Positions 1 to 6,526 of a stretch of 14,957 bases of DNA are shown in pieces. Within the stretch, counting starts at the first letter, position 1. The number at the start of each line of letters is the position of its first letter. The DNA is taken from positions 1 to 14,957 of the forward strand of contig JAQWMJ010000023.1 in assembly GCA_029246845.1 (NCBI GenBank), read 5' to 3'. The translations under genes were made by a program, and so were the position numbers. The DNA is from Thermodesulfobacteriota bacterium (lineage in GTDB: Bacteria; Desulfobacterota_D; UBA1144). The notes below the pieces were generated by a model, which had not been told where the DNA came from, ran no database searches, and worked only from the letters and a program-made list of their open reading frames with translations.

Positions 1-746
1 TCCAAACTTCTTCCTCTTACAGACATTTTTAAACTTTCACTAGGAACATCTGTAACGTCACATATTGTTTTTTTAACGCTCTCGGCCATATTTTCACCGA
101 TTAACAATCCATAAGTACTCTTTACATAGGCTATAATTGCCTGATTCATTGAGTCACCGGCTGTCTTTATAGACCTACTTATAACAAGTCCTCCAAGAGA
201 TATAACAGATATGCCTGTAGTACCCCCACCTATGTCAATAATCATTCCACCCCTTGAGTTAAGCACAGAGTCCATATCCGCACCTAGGGCTGCTGCCATT
301 GTTTCTTCTATAAGATAGACCTCTCGGGCACCAGCAGATTCAGCTGCTTCAACTACCGCTCTTTTTTCAACCGGTGTAATACCTATAGGTACTGAAACAA
401 CAACTCTTGGTCTGACAAGAAAATTATTTTTATGATATTTCGAGATGAAATATTCAAGCATTTTTTGAGTTACCTCAAAATCCGCTATAACGCCCTCTTT
501 TAAAGGCCTAATGGCTTCAATAGTTCCAGGTGTTTTTCCTATCATTTGCTTAGCTTCGTCACCAACTGCCAAAATATTAACATCACCTGCCTTATCTACT
601 TGTACTGCAACAACCGAAGGTTCATTTGCAACTATCCCTTTATCTTTAATATAGACAACTACGTTTGCAGTTCCTAAATCTAGTCCTATATCAATAGAAA
701 AGTAGTTAGCGAGCTTATCCCATATAGTATAGTTAGTATTTTTCAT
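1..746 (-). CDS. mreB: Rod shape-determining actin homolog MreB (3' end runs off the window)
   Basis: Not in the ORF track. Hand translation from ATG 746: MKNTNYTIWDKLANYFSIDIGLDLGTANVVVY...EPSVVA...GKTPGTIEAIRPLKEGVIADFE...VPIGITPVEKRA...DIGGGTT...VRGRSL. Open to base 1. Confidence 0.95.
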   Translation of the reverse strand, partial: MKNTNYTIWDKLANYFSIDIGLDLGTANVVVYIKDKGIVANEPSVVAVQVDKAGDVNILAVGDEAKQMIGKTPGTIEAIRPLKEGVIADFEVTQKMLEYFISKYHKNNFLVRPRVVVSVPIGITPVEKRAVVEAAESAGAREVYLIEETMAAALGADMDSVLNSRGGMIIDIGGGTTGISVISLGGLVISRSIKTAGDSMNQAIIAYVKSTYGLLIGENMAESVKKTICDVTDVPSESLKMSVRGRSL

Positions 747-781
747 GAAAGTAATTATGATTCATATACAATTTTTTTCAA
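747..781 (-). promoter_or_regulatory. Candidate sigma70 promoter for mreB, leaderless geometry
   Basis: Minus strand TTGAAA (781-776), N16, CATAAT (759-754), N7, ATG (746). No SD motif. Confidence 0.45.
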
Positions 782-782
782 T

Positions 783-2279
783 CTATTTTACTTTTTGGCC
801 AGAAACAAATTCAATCTTATATTGATAGTATTTATAAGAATTAATATTATCAATTTTAATTGACCTATAGGTTCGCTCTTCTTTAGGATTGATCTTACCG
901 GACCCGTTTAAAGACAAAATTTTAATAACTTCATTGTCCTTATTTAATAAAGTTAAATTAAAAGTTGGATTAAATATTACGTGTGGTGATATGTTTAGAA
1001 CCTTCACGGAAGCAAGACTGGCTATGTCTACATTTAAAATTAGAAGTTCATTGTTAGAATCAAATGTAACCAGCTTATTGTTCACTTGATGAATATCTAC
1101 ATTTTTTTTAAATTCTAATTCCTCCTGTATTAAATCATCTCTCTTGATTTTTTGGACAGAGCTAATCATTTCAGCTGATGAAATAGCAAGAGAAAGTGTA
1201 TCAAAATTATTTTCAATAATTCCAAGATTTACACTAGAAAAAACCTTTGATGAGTAAGGACTAATTGTATCGTTGATTTTAATTTTCTTTGATGTGATGG
1301 TGTTACCCAGCGAATTCATAAAGCCAACAATGATAACAATATCATTATATTCGTATCTACTGTTATTGGACAAATTAATACTTATTAAACCAATAGTATT
1401 GTTACTTTTATTTATTACATCAAAACTATTTATTATTAAGTCTGCTGAAGGATATGGACTATCAAAGCTTGAGTTAGGCATATCCTTAGTTGCCAGCTTA
1501 GAATCGCCTCCCTTACTTAGGTACTCGGTTTCACCGATTAACTTTCCGTCATGCACTGTTAAACTTACATCTGAAAAATAATCTAAAGTAAGACCAGGGA
1601 TCTGAAATTCTTTAGAAATTTTTGTTTCTCCCGGCCCTATAACAGTTCGATCTTTGAAAATTATTGATTTAAGAAACTCGCCTTTTTGGTCTAAAAAATT
1701 TACAGAAAAAGTGACATCTTTAAAAAAATTTTTACTATTATTAGTATAAGAAAGATTTTTTACTTGAATAGTTTTGGTTGCAATTTTGTCAAGAATGTAT
1801 TCGAACTTGTTAATTTTAATAGCATTCTTTGCTTTAATCTTAATCCTATCTTGTTTATAAGCAACTTTTGCAGACTCAATATTTACCAAGGTCTTTTCTG
1901 GCGAAAAGCTTAATATTGGAGTTTGAACTGAATCAAACCTCTTTTTACTATTCGGACCTATTTCACCAGGAAGAAAAATTTGAAACTTGTAGGGCACCCC
2001 ATTTTGGCTATAAATTATTATCTCTATCTTCAGATTTTTATAACTAAGGTTTGAGTTATTACTAATTTCAATATATTCGAATAGACCCAGTGTACTTTGT
2101 GCTTTATATTTCCATTTAAAATCAGAGATTTGAATCTTAGATAAATTAACTTTATTAATATTTGCTCTTAATTCTCCTTCATTATCCTGAATTTGAGCAT
2201 TTCCATATAAAAGAGGCGCCGTCAAAAAGAGTGCAAAAAACAAAGAGAAAAGAATAAAAGTATTGTTTAATTTTTTCAT
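783..2279 (-). CDS. Secreted/periplasmic protein with four FxLYD-like (Ig-like beta-sandwich) repeats
   Basis: N-terminal MKK plus hydrophobic signal peptide (LYG-NA-Q). Four copies of the pattern N-x-S...hydrophobic strand-x-x-x-G/N...I-x-P: ISNNS..IIIYSQNG..EIGPNS, YTNNS..VNFLDQKG..VIGPGE, LSNNS..VGFMNSLG..TISPYS, VLNIS..LTLLNKDN..KINPKE. Confidence 0.7.
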   Translation of the reverse strand: MKKLNNTFILFSLFFALFLTAPLLYGNAQIQDNEGELRANINKVNLSKIQISDFKWKYKAQSTLGLFEYIEISNNSNLSYKNLKIEIIIYSQNGVPYKFQIFLPGEIGPNSKKRFDSVQTPILSFSPEKTLVNIESAKVAYKQDRIKIKAKNAIKINKFEYILDKIATKTIQVKNLSYTNNSKNFFKDVTFSVNFLDQKGEFLKSIIFKDRTVIGPGETKISKEFQIPGLTLDYFSDVSLTVHDGKLIGETEYLSKGGDSKLATKDMPNSSFDSPYPSADLIINSFDVINKSNNTIGLISINLSNNSRYEYNDIVIIVGFMNSLGNTITSKKIKINDTISPYSSKVFSSVNLGIIENNFDTLSLAISSAEMISSVQKIKRDDLIQEELEFKKNVDIHQVNNKLVTFDSNNELLILNVDIASLASVKVLNISPHVIFNPTFNLTLLNKDNEVIKILSLNGSGKINPKEERTYRSIKIDNINSYKYYQYKIEFVSGQKVK

Positions 2280-2340
2280 AACGTTTTGTTAAAAAATAAT
2301 ATCTGATAAACTCTACCATGTAATTACCCATGGAGGATAT

Positions 2341-2637
2341 ATGCAGAAATATATTTTACTGACTTCTTTAACTACGTTGGGGCGAAGGACCTTGAAAGAA
2401 AGGCCGGCAAGAATGAAAGAAGTTGATGATGAGATAAGGGCTATGGGAATTAAGATAGTTGGCCAATTTGCAACTTTAGGACCTTTTGATTTTATAAATA
2501 TTGTGGAAGCGCCAAATAATGAGGCAATAAGTAAACTTTCTATAGAACTTACCTCTCGTGGTACATTGCAAATTACAACCCTGCCAGCAATAGACATAGA
2601 TAGTTTTATAGAGAAATTAAATGTAGACAATGATTAA
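2341..2637 (+). CDS. GYD-domain protein
   Basis: 98 aa with family-like pattern Y.L...T..G...P.R...G......TLG.FD...EAP...G...TTLPA. Strong SD GGAGG at 2332-2336. Confidence 0.85.
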   Translation: MQKYILLTSLTTLGRRTLKERPARMKEVDDEIRAMGIKIVGQFATLGPFDFINIVEAPNNEAISKLSIELTSRGTLQITTLPAIDIDSFIEKLNVDND

Positions 2638-2803
2638 AAGTGTTAGAAATTTACTCAATAAAGTTAAGGATCAGGCCATTGCTGTTCCTGGCTATAAAGC
2701 AAAGAAAATATTAAAAGTTTATATCTATATTTCTATCATTGGGATTATTCTTCCTATCCTATATCTAATATTTATTTTATTCTATAATGTTGTAAATGCT
2801 TAA
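2630..2803 (+). CDS. Small single-pass membrane protein, 57 aa (below the ORF-track cutoff)
   Basis: ATG 2630 to TAA 2801-2803: MIKSVRNLLNKVKDQAIAVPGYKAKKILKVYIYISIIGIILPILYLIFILFYNVVNA. Fills the whole gap and overlaps both neighbours by 8 nt. Confidence 0.7.
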   Translation: MIKSVRNLLNKVKDQAIAVPGYKAKKILKVYIYISIIGIILPILYLIFILFYNVVNA

Positions 2804-3287
2804 TTTAAATATCAGATTAGAATCAAAGAAATGGCTGGTTCTTGGTGGAGGCACTGTTGCCACCAGAAGAGTGAAAAAAATTCTCAAAGAAAACGGATAT
2901 ATAGAGCTCATTTCTCCTCAAGTATCTAAATCTATAATCAGGATTGAGTCTCAAAATAAAAAGTTAAAGGTAGTTAAAAGAAAGTTTAGAAAAAGCGATA
3001 TTAGGAACCAAGATTTCATATTAGCTTGTACAGATAACTTAGAAGTTAACAAAAGTATCGTAGAAATTGCTAAATCAAAAAAAATATTAGTTTCGAATGC
3101 TTCAGATAGAAGTGATAATGATTTTTCATTTACATCAACTATAAATATAAATAAAGATATAAAAATCAATTTAAGTACAGATGGAAGGAATCCGTCATTT
3201 ACAAAATCTCTTAGAATTTATTTTGAAGAAACTTTGAAAAGCAAAATTGTTAGCTTATATAAAGATAAAAAGAAAAGTGGAAGATAA
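2796..3287 (+). CDS. Precorrin-2 dehydrogenase (SirC/Met8/CysG N-terminal family), short form
   Basis: Rossmann motif LVLGGGTVATRR, plus ISP, ACTDNLEVN, DFSF and STDGRNP motifs typical of the family. Confidence 0.85.
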   Translation: MLNLNIRLESKKWLVLGGGTVATRRVKKILKENGYIELISPQVSKSIIRIESQNKKLKVVKRKFRKSDIRNQDFILACTDNLEVNKSIVEIAKSKKILVSNASDRSDNDFSFTSTININKDIKINLSTDGRNPSFTKSLRIYFEETLKSKIVSLYKDKKKSGR

Positions 3288-3302
3288 TTTAAAAATTACT
3301 GA

Positions 3303-3330
3303 TAGACTAACCCTAAGGATTAGATATTAT
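3303..3330 (+). promoter_or_regulatory. Candidate efp promoter with an imperfect palindrome in the spacer
   Basis: TAGACT (3303-3308), N16, TATTAT (3325-3330). Imperfect inverted repeat CTAACCCT-A-AGGATTAG at 3307-3323. SD AAGGA at 3367-3371. Confidence 0.3.
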
Positions 3331-3378
3331 AGGATTGTTAATTAGTTCTTAAATTTTCAAAAGTATAAGGAATTAAAA

Positions 3379-3951
3379 ATGGGATCGACTGATACAACCA
3401 AATTTTATAGAGGCCAAAAGATACTTGTAGAAAATGAGATATGGGAAATAGTGGAGTTTCAACATCGTGTTATGCAAGCAAGAAAGCCAATAGTGAAGAC
3501 AAAGTTGAAGAACATCATTAGTGGTCTAACACAGGAAAAAAGTTTTAGGTCAGGAGATATATTTCAACTTCCCGATTTATTAAATAAGAATGCACAATTT
3601 CTTTATTCTAGTGCAGAAAGTTTCACTTTTATGGATTTAGAATCTTACGAACAAATAGATGTATCGAAAAATATAGTGGGGGACAAGTCTAACTTTATGA
3701 AAGAAGAATTGAATGTTCAACTCCTCAATTATGAAGGTGAAATAATTGGAATAGACCTTCCTACTAGTGTTGAACTTAGAATCTCAACAACAGAACCAGG
3801 ACTTAAAGGTGACTCTGTTACCGGGGGTAGCAAGCCGGCACAGTTAGAAACTGGTGCAGATATCGCTGTTCCTCTTTTTATTAATATTGACGATATCATC
3901 AAAGTTGACACCCGGGATGGAAAATACCTTGAAAGAATCAAGAAAGCTTAA
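3379..3951 (+). CDS. efp: Elongation factor P with a non-canonical tip loop
   Basis: EFQH...KTKLKN, FMDLESYEQ and the C-terminal TEPGLKGDS..KPAQLETG...VPLFI....KVDTR.GKYLER signature. Confidence 0.96.
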   Translation: MGSTDTTKFYRGQKILVENEIWEIVEFQHRVMQARKPIVKTKLKNIISGLTQEKSFRSGDIFQLPDLLNKNAQFLYSSAESFTFMDLESYEQIDVSKNIVGDKSNFMKEELNVQLLNYEGEIIGIDLPTSVELRISTTEPGLKGDSVTGGSKPAQLETGADIAVPLFINIDDIIKVDTRDGKYLERIKKA

Positions 3952-4259
3952 CTCTCCTTCGGAATTAATTTCTTAAAAATCTCTGCATATGATTTATCAT
4001 CGATGGGAAGCATTTTACCTTTTACTTGAGACTTTCTTCCAATCAAGATTAAGTATTCGATCTCTTCCTTTAAATACAGCTCTATCTCATGTTGGATTAA
4101 AGATGTGGCCTTGGAGAAGTTTCTTATCCAAACCGGGCTTTCGGTATATCTATATTCATATGTAAGCAAGGATAAATAGAAAAGATATTTATTGTTATAA
4201 ATTAATATATCTAGCTCTGAGTCAGTTTTTTTAGAATAAATCTTCTTAAATATCAACAT
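3948..4259 (-). CDS. Hypothetical protein, 103 aa
   Basis: Fills the efp-prs gap entirely and shares the TTAA stop palindrome with efp. No recognisable motif. Confidence 0.6.
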   Translation of the reverse strand: MLIFKKIYSKKTDSELDILIYNNKYLFYLSLLTYEYRYTESPVWIRNFSKATSLIQHEIELYLKEEIEYLILIGRKSQVKGKMLPIDDKSYAEIFKKLIPKES

Positions 4260-4267
4260 ATCATTTT

Positions 4268-4304
4268 AATTTACTTTATAGAACATATATTTTACAATTT
4301 TTCT
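4268..4304. promoter_or_regulatory. Candidate overlapping divergent promoters (prs and the 103-aa gene)
   Basis: Plus: TTTACT (4270-4275), N17, TACAAT (4293-4298), N6, ATG prs. Minus: TTGTAA (4297-4292), N18, TAAATT (4273-4268), N8, ATG 4259. No SD on either gene. Confidence 0.45.
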
Positions 4305-5243
4305 ATGAACAAAATAAAAATTTTTTCTGGTACTTCAAATGTAAAACTTAGTAAAGCAATCTGCAAGAAACTAAAAGTACCTTTAGGAAAGTTAAATATA
4401 AGGCGATTTAGTGATGGTGAAATTTTTGTAGAAGTTGATGAAAGTGTTAGAGGGAGCAATGCCTATGTAATTCAATCTACCTCTGGGCCTGTTAATGAAA
4501 ACCTAATGGAACTTTTTATAATAGTAGATGCTTTAAAAAGGGCCGCCGTAAATGAGATTACGGCGGTTATTCCTTATTTTGGATACTCTAGGCAAGACAG
4601 AAAAGTAACTGATAGATCTCCCATAACTGCTAGACTTGTGTGTGATTTGTTAATTAAATCTGGAATACAGAAAATTGTAACCATGGACCTCCATGCGGGA
4701 CAAATTCAAGGATTCTTTGATGTTCCAGTTGATCACCTTTATTCATCACCAATTGCTATAAAATATATAAAAAATAAATATAAAGATTTTGTTATTGCAT
4801 CCCCTGACGCGGGTGGTATGGAAAGGGCAAGATTCTTCTCCAAAAAACTTGATGATGCCGGACTAGCTATGACTGACAAGAGAAGGCCTGGTCCAAACAT
4901 AGCTGAGATAACAAATGTAATAGGAGACGTTAAAGGTAAGAACGTTGTATTAATTGATGATTTAATCGATACAGCTGGAACTGCGGCTAAATCCGCTGAG
5001 GCTTTAGTCAACTCTGGAGCTAAAAGTGTCTCTATGTTTTGCACCCACGGAGTACTTTCCGGAAACGCCCTAGAAAATATTGACAATTCTTGTATTGATG
5101 AACTGATAATTACTGATACAATAGATAATCAAGAAAAGTTAAAAAAGTCTAATAAAATTAAAGTTTTGACCGTATCTAATCTAATTGCTGAAGCAATAGA
5201 TAGAATTAGGAACAATAAATCTATTAGTCAGTTATTTTCTTAG
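4305..5243 (+). CDS. prs: Ribose-phosphate pyrophosphokinase
   Basis: FSDGE, PYFGYSRQDRK, DLHAGQIQGFF, SPDAGG, DKRR and DDLIDTAGT motifs. Confidence 0.98.
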   Translation: MNKIKIFSGTSNVKLSKAICKKLKVPLGKLNIRRFSDGEIFVEVDESVRGSNAYVIQSTSGPVNENLMELFIIVDALKRAAVNEITAVIPYFGYSRQDRKVTDRSPITARLVCDLLIKSGIQKIVTMDLHAGQIQGFFDVPVDHLYSSPIAIKYIKNKYKDFVIASPDAGGMERARFFSKKLDDAGLAMTDKRRPGPNIAEITNVIGDVKGKNVVLIDDLIDTAGTAAKSAEALVNSGAKSVSMFCTHGVLSGNALENIDNSCIDELIITDTIDNQEKLKKSNKIKVLTVSNLIAEAIDRIRNNKSISQLFS

Positions 5244-5252
5244 GAGAAAAAA

Positions 5253-5915
5253 ATGATAATCGTTGAAATGAATGCCGTAAAAAGAGAAGAACTTGGTAAA
5301 CAAGCAAATAATAAAATTAGAAAGGATGGCCTCGTGCCTGCCGTTGTTTACGGAAGAAATAAGAAAAATATAAATATTAGTATAAATGGAAAGGAGCTAA
5401 AAAAAGTTCTTAGTGGTACTGAGGCAAGAGAGAACACAATAATCTCAATATCAATTGAAGGAACAGATGAGAAAAGAAAAGTTCTACTAAAGGAAGCTCA
5501 TCTCGATACTTTAACAAGTGCTCCTTTGCATTTTGATTTTTATGAAATTACAGACGGTGAAAAATTAAAATTAGTTTGTCCTTTAAATTTTATTGGTAAA
5601 CCTGAGGGTGTAAAAAATGGGGGAGTAATACAGACACTTTCTAATCAAGTATCAATTGAATGTGTTCCAGAAAAAATACCTAACGATATTACTGTTGATA
5701 TAAGCGATTTAGAGATAGGCGATGCTTTATTTGTTGAGGATCTTCCTGCAGAAGATGGAGTGACCATCTTGTCTAATCCGAAAAGTACAACTATCAGTAT
5801 TCTTGCTCCTCGACTCATGACAGAAGAAACAACTGATGAAGAAGGCGCAGAAGGCGCAGAAGGTGAAGAAGGCGCAGATGAGTCCGATGCTTCCAAAGAA
5901 GAAAGTGACAAATAA
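5253..5915 (+). CDS. rplY: 50S ribosomal protein L25/Ctc (long form with acidic tail)
   Basis: VPAVVYG, HFDFY, G.PEGVKNGG, P..IP..I.VDISDL.IGD. SD GGAG upstream. Sits in the usual prs-rplY-pth order. Confidence 0.95.
   Translation: MIIVEMNAVKREELGKQANNKIRKDGLVPAVVYGRNKKNINISINGKELKKVLSGTEARENTIISISIEGTDEKRKVLLKEAHLDTLTSAPLHFDFYEITDGEKLKLVCPLNFIGKPEGVKNGGVIQTLSNQVSIECVPEKIPNDITVDISDLEIGDALFVEDLPAEDGVTILSNPKSTTISILAPRLMTEETTDEEGAEGAEGEEGADESDASKEESDK
5841..5878 (+). repeat. Short coding tandem repeat GAAGGCGCA (EGA) in the rplY acidic tail
   Basis: gaaggcgca gaaggcgca gaaggtgaa gaaggcgca ga. Confidence 0.75.
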
Positions 5916-6489
5916 CAAAACGACCTTGATAGTTGGTTTAGGGAATCCTGGTGAAAAATACGAGTCTACCAGGCACAACATAGGTTTTTCTTTCATAGAT
6001 AAATTCTCAGAACAAATAGATTGTCCTATTACCGAATCCAAATTCAGTTCACTATATTCCAGCTTAAACCAAGAAGATAGAAAATTACTTTTACTTAAGC
6101 CACAGACCTATATGAATGAAAGCGGGTTAGCTGTTAAAAAAGTAAAAGATTTCTTCAAAATTAGCTCTAACCAAACAATAGTTATATATGACGATCTAGA
6201 TTTACAAGTCGGTCAAATAAAAATAAAAGATACTGGAGGATCGGGAGGACACAATGGAGTTAATTCAATAATTGAGAATATTGGGAATAATGATTTTATA
6301 AGAATTAGGATTGGTATCGGAAAGCCATTAGAAAAATCAATGACTAATAAATATGTACTATCAAAGTTCACCAAAGATGAGTCAAAAATTGTCAACAATA
6401 TCAACAATTTAGCTAAAAATATAATTTACTCCATTGTTTTTAAGTCTATTTCATTTGCAATGAACACATTTAACAGTAAAATTCAATAA
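5905..6489 (+). CDS. pth: Peptidyl-tRNA hydrolase
   Basis: LIVGLGNPG..Y..TRHNIGF, KPQTYMNESG, YDDLDL, GGHNG, RIRIGI. Likely start is GTG 5905 (11-nt overlap with rplY) rather than 5836. Confidence 0.95.
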   Translation: MTNNKTTLIVGLGNPGEKYESTRHNIGFSFIDKFSEQIDCPITESKFSSLYSSLNQEDRKLLLLKPQTYMNESGLAVKKVKDFFKISSNQTIVIYDDLDLQVGQIKIKDTGGSGGHNGVNSIIENIGNNDFIRIRIGIGKPLEKSMTNKYVLSKFTKDESKIVNNINNLAKNIIYSIVFKSISFAMNTFNSKIQ

Positions 6490-6526
6490 ATATTATCCAA
6501 ACCAAATCACATATTAGGAGGAGACT

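Noticed and set aside
380..391. Perfect 12-bp palindrome TACCTATAGGTA
   Set aside because: Inside the conserved mreB coding sequence (VPIGI) and compatible with chance.
889..1581. Plus-strand ORFs 889-1089 and 1273-1581
   Set aside because: Antisense shadows of the 498-aa repeat protein with no motif or SD.
2313..3941. Minus-strand ORFs 2313-2630, 2951-3169 and 3729-3941
   Set aside because: Antisense to the well-supported GYD, SirC-like and efp genes.
4260..4304. Possible tRNA-Gln upstream of prs, as in many bacteria
   Set aside because: The gap is 45 bp and AT-rich, with no cloverleaf or T-loop GTTC(G/A)A context.
5836..5904. 23-aa N-terminal extension of Pth (MKKAQKAQKVKKAQ...)
   Set aside because: An alternate-frame reading of the rplY EGA repeat. 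Pth homology begins near GTG 5905.
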